Positions 12,782 to 24,848 of a stretch of 64,000 nt of DNA are shown here, in pieces. This DNA comes from Antedon mediterranea (taxonomy: Eukaryota > Animalia > Echinodermata). The stretch's first letter is position 1. Each line of letters opens with the position of its first letter. Under the pieces are notes generated by a model, which saw nothing but the letters and a program-made list of their open reading frames with translations, did no database searches and was not told the origin of the DNA. The stretch is from assembly GCF_964355755.1 (NCBI RefSeq), contig NC_092673.1:5890001-5954000 (forward strand). Direction: 5' to 3'. A program made the translations under genes and the position numbers.

Positions 12782-14553
12782 ATGCTGCAGTTAATGAACA
12801 GTTCGTTTCTCTTTGTTGTTTTGGCTTCAGCATTATGTGTTATACGTATTAAAACAACGTATAAAACAACAATTGATGATGAATTCACACCCATTATGAA
12901 TCGCCTGATAAAAGAAAACTGGACATCTCCTACTTTTATAAATCCTGACAACTTATCAATTAAATCTCCAATATGCCAACTACTAGCACTTTCCAAGAAA
13001 ACCACCATACTTAGTCGATTAAAGAAGCAAAATCTGATCAAACTGAGTATATCCTTATTATGATTGCTGGTGATGTTGCATCAAATCCTGGACCTGTTAA
13101 CCAACAAGCACAAGATGAGTTCAATTTAAACTGTTTAAAAAACCGAGGTTTACATTTTGTACACCTCAATATTCGTTCGCTACTTCCAAAAATTTCAGAA
13201 CTCCGTTTACTAGCTCAACAAACCAAAGCGGCAGTATCTGAAACTTGGTTAGACAACAGTGTAACAGATGCTGAAGTAGAGATTCAAGGTTATACAATCA
13301 CAAGGAAAGACAGAAATCGAAATAGAGGAGGAGTGTGCATCTACATAAGAAATGATGTATCGTTCAATACAAAACCTGAAATGACTATTGACAGTCTAGA
13401 ATCAATTTGGATTGATATATTCCTACCCAAGTCGAAACCTATTGCTGTTGGATGTTTTTATCGCCCTCCCACTTGTAAAGCATTTCTTGAAAACTTAGAG
13501 TCATCCTTCTTAAACTTAAGATCTGATTGTGAATTGTATCTTTTAGGTGATTTTAATATTAATTTTAATAGTCAAGATGAACCACTATTGAAAAGGTATA
13601 AAGATGTATTTTAGTTTTTTTAATTGTACTAAAATTATAGACATCCCTACTAGAATAACCGATACTACAGCTACTACTCTTGATCATATAATTACCAATT
13701 CAAAAGAAAAAATATTACAATTGGTACTTTAAATGTTGGTCTAAGTGATCACTTGATCACATTTGGTACCCGTAAAATATGGAGATGTCAAATTAACAGA
13801 CATAATACAATACTGTACGTATTCGTAGCATGAGACATTAAAATAAGGAGTCTTTGCTTAACAAACTTGCTAATGTTAATTGGGAGACAACTTTATCATG
13901 TAACGAAGTAAATGAGGCTTGGTTTAGGTTTAAAACTGTATTTTTAGGTGTCATTGACGAAATAGCTCTGGTGAAAGAAGTTAGAATTAAATGTAGAACT
14001 GAACCTCGGATGAATGATAATATCCTTCTGGATATTCGTCAAAGAGACAACACCTACTTTTATTTAAGAAATACCATTGTAAAGACATGTACTCTAAATA
14101 TTGTAAATTAAGAAATAAGATACAAAGAGATGTTAAGAAAGCTAAGTCAGAATATTTCAAAACTAAGATTGAGGAAAACAAGGGTAATCCCAAAAAACTT
14201 TGGCAAACCCTAAAATCTCAAAATACAATTGTACTTAATAATAATGGTCATCCATGCACTGAACCATTTTCTGTAGCTAATCTCTTCAACAAATTTTTCA
14301 CTAATGTTGCTTCTTTGTTAACTGATAAATTACCACATTGTAATAATATATTTGGTGTTAATACTACACACTTCAAACAATACTATAAGAACAAAGGGAT
14401 CAAGAAGAACAGTTTCGTTTTACAAACTATATCTAATGATTTTGTACTTGACCAACTAAATTCTTTAAATCCTAGCAAAAGTACAGGACTTGATAACATT
14501 CCTGCTAGATTTCTTAAGGATGGAGCTAATATTATTGTTCAGCCAATAACACA
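12782..14553 (+). mobile_element. Degraded CR1/L2-group LINE ORF2 (APE endonuclease through to the start of RT), truncated at its 3' end
   Basis: Motifs GDVASNPGP, HLNIRSL, SETWL, GGVCIY, YRPP, GDFNI and SDH, followed by KSTGLDNIPARFLK. There are several stops and frameshifts, and homology ends abruptly at about 14553. Confidence 0.8.
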
Positions 14554-14759
14554 TCTATATATAAATTATGGTTAATTCTGACATAGGCGAGCACAATACC
14601 TTATCTATCTCAGATGTACCGCGAAACGTAGATTTGATAACATTAGTTTTCACATCGACACTATTGTTCCACTTTTGTCTTTTACAACGACAAAATTTAG
14701 CATTATCTATCGAAATTTGTGGATACCACAGGGTTATTTTCACACACTCGCGCTGTTGT

Positions 14760-15952
14760 TAGCGTTGCCAGCGATAAAATTTAAATTATGCCGTATCCTG
14801 TCTCAAATAATGCCAGATTGGGAAAAATAATGCCAGATCCCCAAAATGTGGCCCTAAACAGCGCCACCAACGGTTGTATGTCTAATAAACGTTTGTAAAA
14901 CCCCAACTGACACAAAATAGGGCCTAAAATTGTATCCCTATGTCGTTCAAAATTTATATTTTTAGTTTTGTGAGTAATAACTAATAATTCTAAAAATATC
15001 TGGGGTGCGAAAATGTAATTAGTCTCCAGGACCTCAGCCCCACCATGGTTGATAAGAAAATTTGGAAAAATTCTGATGGCCGGAAATGCCACTTAATTAA
15101 AAAATATGAAATAAAAATATATTTATTAGTGTCTCCAGGATCTTAGCCCACCATAGTTCGAAAATGGCAATTATAATTGAAAATAGGAAATCAAAATATA
15201 TATTAAGTGTCTCCAGGACCTCAGTCCCACCATGGATGGGGCTGAGATACGAAAATTTGGGAAAATAGAGCTGCTCGATGGCCGGAAATGGCACTTAATT
15301 TCAAATATGAAATAAAAATATAATGAAAAATAATAAATAATAAATAATAAAATAAAATGAAATATGGAAAACAAATTCTCTAGAAGTAATTCTTTTTAAA
15401 ATTAGAGCTTCTAAGTTACCGGAAATTGCCATTTTAAGGGTTGGGTAGGGGTGCGGCCGCTTATAATTATGAACTGAAAAAACAAAACTCCTTTCATAAT
15501 GTTTTCGTTCAATTGTCTCTACATTAGTGGGGATCCAATAACCTGCATGAACTCTGAAATAGAGTAACATAATTGGCCAATAGCTAGCCTTTTCGGATTT
15601 GTTGTACTGCCTATATCGCACACACGGTAATTTTTCGAGCAGCCTTCCTATCCGAAGAGTCGATTAAGTCCGAAACGAAAGGATGGAAGAACTATTGTAC
15701 GGAAAACCCGAACAGATCTGTTTTGTACGATATGATATTGCATAAGGTGATAATATGTATTAAATTGCAAGATTTATAAACAAAATATTTTATTTTTGTT
15801 CTGTGATATATTATTTTTTTGGTTGTTCAAAAAACACAAAATTATGCCAGATTATGCTAAAAACGGCTAAATAATGCCGCGGCATTATGCCAGATGCTGT
15901 AGGCCTCCAAATAATGCCAAAAAGCATAATAATGACAGAAATGGCAACTATG
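14760..15952. mobile_element. Non-autonomous hAT-like element with an 8-bp TSD
   Basis: GCTGTTGT is duplicated at 14752-59 and 15953-60. The imperfect TIRs are tagcgttgcca and tggcaactatg. Subterminal (a/t)atgcc repeats and internal tandem gtctccagga..ccccacca units are present. Confidence 0.7.
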
Positions 15953-16679
15953 GCTGTTGTTCAACTGGCTTCCGGGTCCGTCACTTCCGGCAAAATGGCC
16001 GTTGGTGGCGCCATTCAATATTAAATAAAAAAATATTTTAGTGGTTCAACGTATCATGAACTACTGAAATTAATTTGTTTTAGATATTCAACTAATCAAT
16101 TATATTGATTAAAGGCATTTACTTTACGTGAACTACAATTTGTTTTAGTAATTTAACTTTTATTGAAGGCCTTTACTTTTATGTGAACTACAATGTGATT
16201 TTAGTGATTCAACTGAATCATGAACTACAATTTTTGTTTTAGATATTCAAATATCAAATAAAGGCCTTTACTTTACGTGAAATACAATTTGTTTTAGTAA
16301 TTTAACTAATTATTTATGCTATTTATTAATCATTTTATCAAATTTAGGTGCGATTCAATGTTACTATAGGAGGCCATGCCTACCAGGGAAACACCTTTAC
16401 AGTTTATCGATTATTTCTGTTGCTTGCTCTATTTATAATTATAAATGGTGTCTACTACAGTACGACCGAAATATAAGTAGGCTACAAAAGTTGTTATTTG
16501 ATCATTTTGTTCCAAAATTAACAAGATGCTGTTGTCATGATATATTGTGATACAAATGTTAAAGCCCCACTCACTGTCACGCACGTTGATAAACTATGCT
16601 TTTGGTCTCTTGGTACGGTCACGTTAGAGACTGTTTCAGTGATTGATGACCCCTATTAACGGTTTCCTCCTGTGTGTAA

Positions 16680-18021
16680 TGTCGGAGACTGGAATTATAT
16701 AACTATTATTTGTTACTTTTATTGAGAATGATTCTATTCAATTTATTCATATTTTACACTTAAATAATTATTTTGATTGGAACTACTTTATTATTATAGA
16801 ATGTTTGCCTTGGTGATTTTGTACGTATGCGCATTATTATTTAGATAGCGTCGTTGTTATAAGGTTGTGGGGAGAGCAATTACCTCGTGGGAGTTGAGAT
16901 AAAGGCTCGAGGAGGATAAGCCGTGTTTAAGAAGAGTTTAAAGATTGTTAGTTTGTTAATTTTTTGCGAAGAAAACCACTTTAATTGTAAGTCTAGTATG
17001 CTATGCTTCCTCAAGTAGTTTATAGTGATTTTGATTATTAGCTTAAATTAATATTGTTGACGGTAATCGACATTTTAAATGAGAAGTGATGTAACGTAAA
17101 TTAGGCCTAGTAGTAGTAGTGATTACCATGTGATGTCTGCATGGTCGTGTGAATTTGATTACCATATGTAACAATCAAAGACTTTGTATTGTATATAAAT
17201 GAGCTAGAATAATGACAGTAACGGGTTCTATGGCCTTGTTTGCCATGATGTTATGTACTGTATACAGTACTCTTTTATGAAGTTGAAGTTATATTTCACC
17301 TTGTAGGTTGTTTAATCACTTTGATAAGTTGAGAACTGTCTAGAGTTGATCAGTTACCGATCGTTTACATTGAGTTTTTGGTTTCGTCGAGCGCCCTCTA
17401 GCATGTATTCTTATAATGTAAACAACAAAGATGGCGGCGCCCATGTACGATATCGGTAGCGTTAAGTTTCTGATTATGTTGTTGCATATAAGTACGGTAG
17501 TTATATTAGTAGTTGTAATTGATTATTTTAGATGGTTGGTGTTACTGACAATTGCTGACTGCAGTAAATCGAGCTGATTTGAGGGCAACTCGTTTTTAAT
17601 TGTAACTATACTATTACTAAGCTGTGTTAGTGTTACAGGAGGGCATTGCAGGTATTGTGATTGTTTAATAACATTACTATTTTGAGGACTTGCTATGATA
17701 TAATTTCCCGAGTTAAAGATGTGTTATTGGCTGAATGCTATAATGATGTAAACTGATGGAGATAGATAACTTTGAGAAGTTATTATTTGAGTTGTATTAT
17801 TTATGATAAATTGAGGTCATGCGTAGGTATAAGTTGAAGAGTTTACCTTATATCATTGTAATGTTATTTTTCTCTGATTGGTATTACAGGGGTTTGTGTT
17901 TGTGTGTTTTAGTCTGTTTAATGATTCGATTTACGGTCCAGTTTTAATAAACGTCTTACAACGTAAATACAGAACAGAGTGCGAGGTTCATTCTTTTGTT
18001 CTTTGTGTGTGGCCCACGACA
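16680..18021 (+). repeat. 5' LTR of the Gypsy element
   Basis: Runs tgtcggagactgg...gtggcccacgaca, with AATAAA near 17946. It matches 23174-24515. Confidence 0.95.
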
Positions 18022-18024
18022 TTT

Positions 18025-18042
18025 TGGTGGCAGCGGTGGGAT
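18025..18042 (+). promoter_or_regulatory. Primer-binding site complementary to the 3' end of tRNA-Leu
   Basis: TGGTGGCAGCGGTGGGAT lies 3 nt after the LTR and is the reverse complement of ATCCCACCGCTGCCACCA, the recalled 3' end of tRNA-Leu(AAG/TAG). Confidence 0.8.
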
Positions 18043-18306
18043 ATGACTGGATCTATAGACAGAACTGAATTCTAAGAGGAAGCGCGACGAGTGACAATCT
18101 GGTGCTGCAAGTTGGTGTGGTACAGAGACTGATTCAGCTTCAACAGAGAATACCAGACCCCTGAATGCTAGATGACATCAAGATTTTATTGATAGTTTTT
18201 TTTATTGATGCTTGATTTGATTTACATGCTTTTTGTATTGAGATTTTTTTATCACTGTATTTTTTAATTGCTTGTGCATAGTTTCTTCTCCCAACATAGT
18301 ATAGCA

Positions 18307-19911
18307 ATGGCAGAAGCAAACGAAATGATACTGGCGCTGACGGCTGCCTTACAAGGTCTGACAACTCAACGTGGACCGCCTCCAGTGAAGTTAAACAAAT
18401 TCAAGGGTCTTCCGGTAGCTGCTGGAGATCCATCTTTGAAAGAGTGGTTGGACGACTTCAACAGTTACGCAGGGCATTATAACCTGACTGGCGAGGCTAA
18501 AGCTAATTCTCTCCTAGCTCATCTTGGTGGAGCAGCCAAAGAAGAGATTATGTGTCACGAGGACGCTATTAGGAAGAATTATGATCTTGCTGTTAGCAAG
18601 TTAGAGGTGCTTTTTGCCCCGGTGAGTACAGTTCAGTCACTTGGTAGAACGTATCATAGTAGGTGTCAGCTAGATGGAGAGTCTCTAGGTGACTACAGCA
18701 GAGTGTTAATGAGACTATACAAAAGGATGGTGAAGGCAGCTTCGAATGACAACGAGAGGACTGCTTTGGAGAGCTTGAAAGACAATTCGCTTAAAGAACG
18801 GTTTTCAAGTGGAGCGAGGGAACCATGGATGCAAAGAGAATTGCGACGCATTGAGATGGCTCACAAAGGGAAAAGCTTCCAGAAAATGAGAGAAGAAGCA
18901 TTAGAATTCTTTCAACACCAAGAGACGGCAAAACGCAGAGTGCAGATACATGAGGTGGTAGGAGATCCAAACCGTGGAGAAATAGAGGCTCTGAAAGTCG
19001 AGTTGCAGGCTATGCGAGCTCGGTTAGATAGACAAGCGGCAAATGATCGAAGCGGATACGAGAAGACCAATAGGAAGCCCCTTACATGTTATAAGTGCTT
19101 AGAAACCGGCCATAGAAAAGAGAATTGTACAGGTTCGTTCAAGTGCCTACATTGCAAGCAAGAAGGCCATTTCCAGAAAGATTGCCCTGTTCTAGCAGCA
19201 GCAAGTGGAAATCCAGCAGAAGGAATTCCTGGAGTTCCGGTCAGCAGTGTCCATGGAGACGACTCGCAACAGGTTTCGGGATTAGTAGCTAACAGCCCGA
19301 CAGCAAAAATATCTTTAGCCGGTGTTGAACTAGGCTGCGTAATCGATACTGGAGCGGAGACTTCGCTGATCCCTGTCGATGTGTACGATAGAATGATTAA
19401 GGCTAAAGCTGGAGGTAAAGTGCCTGAAGTTACTTACCTAAATATATATGGTGCAAATGGAGAGCCTGTTGAGATTCAAGGGTATGTTGAGTTGCCGATG
19501 AAGTACGGAACAGCAGAGTTGATGGGGAGTTTCTTGATCACCAAACGCTGTGCAGGTATGCGAGGAGAGCAATATCCAGTATTGTTGGGCTGCAACATCT
19601 TGCGGAAGTTGACTAAGCTGAGTGTTCCTCACCAAGATAGCTTTGCATGGAATTTTGTTCGAAGTTTGCTAAGTTCTTCTGAATCTGAACACCCTGAACC
19701 AGTGCAACAAGAAGTTCAAGTAGGACGGTTACAAGTAGCGGCTAAGGTGACACTTCCTGCTCATAGCATTCGCAGAGTAACTTGTCAAGTGCAGAATGTG
19801 ACTGGTACTGTGTTGGTAAGCCCTATGGATTCTGAGAATTTGGTTAAAGTGGTAGAAGGATGCGATGCGGTTAAAGATGGTGTTGTTCCGAGTAATGATA
19901 GAAAACCCTGA
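18307..19911 (+). CDS. gag: Gypsy Gag-protease ORF
   Basis: ATG at 18307; two CCHC knuckles (CYKCLETGHRKENC and CLHCKQEGHFQKDC); aspartic protease motifs VIDTGA and LLGCNIL. Confidence 0.9.
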   Translation: MAEANEMILALTAALQGLTTQRGPPPVKLNKFKGLPVAAGDPSLKEWLDDFNSYAGHYNLTGEAKANSLLAHLGGAAKEEIMCHEDAIRKNYDLAVSKLEVLFAPVSTVQSLGRTYHSRCQLDGESLGDYSRVLMRLYKRMVKAASNDNERTALESLKDNSLKERFSSGAREPWMQRELRRIEMAHKGKSFQKMREEALEFFQHQETAKRRVQIHEVVGDPNRGEIEALKVELQAMRARLDRQAANDRSGYEKTNRKPLTCYKCLETGHRKENCTGSFKCLHCKQEGHFQKDCPVLAAASGNPAEGIPGVPVSSVHGDDSQQVSGLVANSPTAKISLAGVELGCVIDTGAETSLIPVDVYDRMIKAKAGGKVPEVTYLNIYGANGEPVEIQGYVELPMKYGTAELMGSFLITKRCAGMRGEQYPVLLGCNILRKLTKLSVPHQDSFAWNFVRSLLSSSESEHPEPVQQEVQVGRLQVAAKVTLPAHSIRRVTCQVQNVTGTVLVSPMDSENLVKVVEGCDAVKDGVVPSNDRKP

Positions 19912-22900
19912 AGATAGACAAATTAGTTTGCAGAAAGAACGTATAATCGGTATGGTGTCTTCAGTGAACAGCGAGGAAAGGGTAGATCTAGTGGAAGTAG
20001 CAGATGGACTGCAAGTGCATGTGGGAGAGGTGATGGTGTCTCAAGATCATAGAGTATCGGCTGTACCATCCACTCAAGCTAATATTATGGCGAGTGAGGG
20101 GGTAGCTCCAGGTCTCAATTTGGACCATTTAGAAGAAGAAATCAAAATTAAAGTCACCAATTGCATCAACAAATATCCCACGGTCTTTTCTACAGGAGTC
20201 TATGACGTAGGTAGATGCGATCTAATCCCACACTCTATCAAACTAACTACAGATAAATCGGTACAACAACCTTTCAGACGCATTCATCCGCAGAAAATCC
20301 CAGAGGTCAAAGCGATGTTAAATGAGATGGTTAAACAAGAGATTATTCGTCCATCCAAGAGTTCATATGCTAGCCCGATAGTGCTTGTTGCAAAGAAGGA
20401 TGGGACGCTTCGTCTGTGTATAGATTACAGAAAGATTAATGCAGTTACTGTAAAAGATTCATTTCCGCTTCCAAGAATTGACGAAGTTCTAGATATACTG
20501 GGAGGAGCAAAGTACTTTTCAACGCTTGATCTGGCTCATGGTTATTATCAAGTTACCATGGACGATGTGTCTGTTGATAAGACGACTTTCCGTGTACCTT
20601 GGGGATTATACGAATTTTTGAGAATGCCACAAGGACTAAGTAACTCCGCCAATACGTTTCAGAGACTAATGGTTTTTATATTCGCAGACATGAATCTAAA
20701 TGACCTCGTGTTATATCTTGATGATATATTGATATTTTCTGCTACATTAGAAGAACATATGGCTAGATTAGAGAAGGTGTGTTAACAAGGCTGTCAGAAC
20801 ATGGATTGAAACTTAAGGGAAAAAAATGTGATCTCCTGCGACAAGAGGTAGAGTATTTGGGACATGTGGTAAGCGATAGTGGTGTGAGGGTGTCCGAAGA
20901 TAAAGTCAAGAGGATACGAGAGTGGCCAACACCAACATCTGGTAAAGAGGTTAGTTCATTCCTAGGACTTGCCTCTTACTACAGGCGATTTATTCATGGG
21001 TTCTCCCAGATAGCGGCACCATTGCATGCATTGGTAGGAAAGTCTAGGAGTAAAACAGACATTCAAGCGAGGAACTTCAAATGGTCTGATGTCGAAGAGA
21101 AGGCGTTTCAACAGTTAAAGGATATGGTGAGCTCTACACCCGTCTTGGCTTACCCATATTTTCAACAAGACTTTGTACTCGAGGTGGATGCGTCCTTCCA
21201 GGGTCTTGGAGCGTGCTTGATGCAATCAGACACCCAAGGTAAACTGCAAGCAGAGGACTTAGAGGTGCTGAAAGAAATTACAGTGACCTGTCGAGTTTTA
21301 AAGTCGAATTACTTGCCCTGAAGTGGGCGGTGACAGAAAAGTTTAGCTCGTATTTACTTGGCTGCAAGTGCACTGTATACACCGATCACAATCCACTTGT
21401 CCACCTGGAGACAGCAAGATTGGGAGCGACTGAACATCGCTGGGTTGCACAGCTGGCAACGTTCCACTTGGATATCAAGTATAAACCTGGTAAAGAGAAT
21501 AAGTGTGCCGATGCGTTAAGCAGAACTGTTCCAGTTAGCGAGATGGTCAGCGGAATACTCGGAAGTTTACCCAAACCAGAGTTAGATGCTGTTGTAGTCG
21601 AAAGAGTTAGTGTGAGTCGTCCAGCTGTGTTTCCTTCCTATAGCGATCTACAACTCTACCAATTTCAGTGCGAGTCGCCCGAGCTTAGAGAGGTATTGAA
21701 AATGAAAGTTGAAGGATGGGAACCGGGCTGCGAGTTTGATAAGTCTATCAATGGGCTAGCAAGCTGGTTAAAGCAGTGGAACAACCTAAAGCTAATAGAC
21801 GGAATCTTGTATAGAGTGGGTAGAGACGAGGTACACAGAGATGTCAATCAATATGCCGTTCCAGTTAGTATGAGGAGTACCATATTAGATATGTTACATG
21901 ACCAATGGGGACATCAGGGGGTAACGAGAACACTCAAATTACTCTATGCGAGATGTTACTGGCCAGGCGCAAAGACTGCTGTAAAACAACATATCAAAAA
22001 GTGCTTTCGATGTACGGTAAGCAAGAGTCAAGTACCTGCTGTTTGCCCGCCGCTGCGACATCTGTTAGCCTTTAGACCGCTGGAATTGTTGGCTGTTGAC
22101 TTTCTAAAGCTAGACAAGGGGAGAGGCGGGGTGGAAGATGTATTGGTAATGACAGATGCTTTCACCAAATTTGCCATAGCTGTTCCATGCCGGGATCAGA
22201 CTGCAAGAAGCGTAGCCGTAGCCTTAAGAGATGGGTGGTTCTGCTATTATGGTGTGCCAGATCGCATACACTCTGATCAAGGCAAGAACTTTGAGAGTTC
22301 CTTAATTAAAGAACTATGCCTACTGTATGGAATCAACAAATCGCGTACTTCTGGATATCATCCAGCTGGCAATGGGCAGACCGAACGCTTTAATAAACTT
22401 TATGCGCTCTGATGAGGTCCATAAAACCTGCTGAAAAGAGAAGATGGCCTGACGTGATTTCGTATGTTGTATTCATGTACAATAGTACGCCGCATCGAGT
22501 AACTGGGGTAACACCGTACTTTTTGATGATGGGTCGTCACCCTAAACTTCCTATTGACCAATTTTTAAATTCTACAAATGCAGATTGGAATGAAGATTAT
22601 GTTCGGACACAACAAGAATCTATGGAGCTTGCGCATGAAGTAGTGAAGCGCCGACTCGTTCTTGCAGCAGAGTCAGAAGAACGGAGACATAGAACGAGTA
22701 ACTGTGACCCATTCCCTGTGGGTGCTCGAGTGCTGTTAAGACGAGATCATTTCGAAGGTAGACACAAGCTAGAAGATAAATTTGAGAACATGTCATACAT
22801 AGTGATAAGTGTAAACGATGAAAAAGATGTATACGAAGTGAGACCTTTCTGTGGTGGCCTGAGTAAGAGGGTCAACCGTAGACGATTGATTGCTGATCCA

Positions 22901-23131
22901 AGGGAATGTGAAGAGGCGAAGTTGGTCGAGCCAGAGATCCCTAATGCTGTACCTGAAAATTCTTTAGATACAGTTTCGGAAGATTCATCAGAGGACTCAT
23001 CGGAAGATGAAGATGATGTTTGGGCGCAGTTTGGAAACATCCAGATACCCCAACCTGTTCGTAGGTCGTCTCGACAAAGCAAGGGACAACATAGCAACGT
23101 GAACCATCTTCCGCAACCTGCCAGATCATAA
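19865..23131 (+). pseudogene. pol: Gypsy pol (RT, RNase H, integrase) broken by four frame disruptions
   Basis: RT motifs LRLCIDYRKIN, RMPQGL and YLDDILIF; RNase H motifs VDAS and YTDHNPL; integrase motifs H..GH..C..C, SDQG and GNGQTERFN. The frame changes near 19890, 20780, 21246 and 22393. Confidence 0.9.
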
Positions 23132-23173
23132 CTTTTTTTGTCTTTCGGGTCGAAAGGGAATCAGCGAGGAAGA

Positions 23174-24515
23174 TGTCGGAGACTGGAATTATATAACTAT
23201 TATTTGTTACTTTTATTGAGAATGATTCTATTCAATTTATTCATATTTTACACTTAAATAATTATTTTGATTGGAACTACTTTATTATTATAGAATGTTT
23301 GCCTTGGTGATTTTGTACGTATGCGCATTATTATTTAGATAGCGTCGTTGTTATAAGGTTGTGGGGAGAGCAATTACCTCGTGGGAGTTGAGATAAAGGC
23401 TCGAGGAGGATAAGCCGTGTTTAAGAAGAGTTTAAAGATTGTTAGTTTGTTAATTTTTTGCGAAGAAAACCACTTTAATTGTAAGTCTAGTATGCTATGC
23501 TTCCTCAAGTAGTTTATAGTGATTTTGATTATTAGCTTAAATTAATATTGTTGACGGTAATCGACATTTTAAATGAGAAGTGATGTAACGTAAATTAGGC
23601 CTAGTAGTAGTAGTGATTACCATGTGATGTCTGCATGGTCGTGTGAATTTGATTACCATATGTAACAATCAAAGACTTTGTATTGTATATAAATGAGCTA
23701 GAATAATGACAGTAACGGGTTCTATGGCCTTGTTTGCCATGATGTTATGTACTGTATACAGTACTCTTTTATGAAGTTGAAGTTATATTTCACCTTGTAG
23801 GTTGTTTAATCACTTTGATAAGTTGAGAACTGTCTAGAGTTGATCAGTTACCGATCGTTTACATTGAGTTTTTGGTTTCGTCGAGCGCCCTCTAGCATGT
23901 ATTCTTATAATGTAAACAACAAAGATGGCGGCGCCCATGTACGATATCGGTAGCGTTAAGTTTCTGATTATGTTGTTGCATATAAGTACGGTAGTTATAT
24001 TAGTAGTTGTAATTGATTATTTTAGATGGTTGGTGTTACTGACAATTGCTGACTGCAGTAAATCGAGCTGATTTGAGGGCAACTCGTTTTTAATTGTAAC
24101 TATACTATTACTAAGCTGTGTTAGTGTTACAGGAGGGCATTGCAGGTATTGTGATTGTTTAATAACATTACTATTTTGAGGACTTGCTATGATATAATTT
24201 CCCGAGTTAAAGATGTGTTATTGGCTGAATGCTATAATGATGTAAACTGATGGAGATAGATAACTTTGAGAAGTTATTATTTGAGTTGTATTATTTATGA
24301 TAAATTGAGGTCATGCGTAGGTATAAGTTGAAGAGTTTACCTTATATCATTGTAATGTTATTTTTCTCTGATTGGTATTACAGGGGTTTGTGTTTGTGTG
24401 TTTTAGTCTGTTTAATGATTCGATTTACGGTCCAGTTTTAATAAACGTCTTACAACGTAAATACAGAACAGAGTGCGAGGTTCATTCTTTTGTTCTTTGT
24501 GTGTGGCCCACGACA
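23174..24515 (+). repeat. 3' LTR of the Gypsy element
   Basis: Same length as the 5' LTR, and no mismatch was noticed by eye. Confidence 0.95.
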
Positions 24516-24848
24516 GTAACGTTCAGATAATATATATAATAATATAATATGTACAGTATATTATATGTATACTGTTCTTTACAATTATATTATTTGCAAT
24601 TGTTGTAAAGTTTTTACATCATAAATAATCAAATCTATTGAGTAACTTTTCCCCTTTACGTTTCTATAACCACCGATTGCTGTCAAGTGTCTATATATCA
24701 TTACTGACAGGGGACGTAATCAATCATAATTGGCATACATTTTCAGTACAGATTCAAATCTCACACACTCATTCGGCGGAAGACCGAATATAATAATTAG
24801 CCTATATTGTTCTCTATTCATACGTTTTTTAATTTTACTGATTACACT

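Larger units (their letters stand above)
16680..24515 (+). mobile_element. Full-length Ty3/Gypsy LTR retrotransposon with a disrupted pol
   Basis: Two TG...CA LTRs of 1342 bp; 4-bp TSD GTAA at 16676-79 and 24516-19; PBS; polypurine tract at 23153-23173; domain order gag-PR-RT-RH-INT. Confidence 0.97.

Noticed and set aside
19865-19911. Programmed gag/pol ribosomal frameshift
   Set aside because: The shift falls downstream of the protease, no slippery heptamer is evident, and further lesions follow, so mutation or sequence error is more likely.
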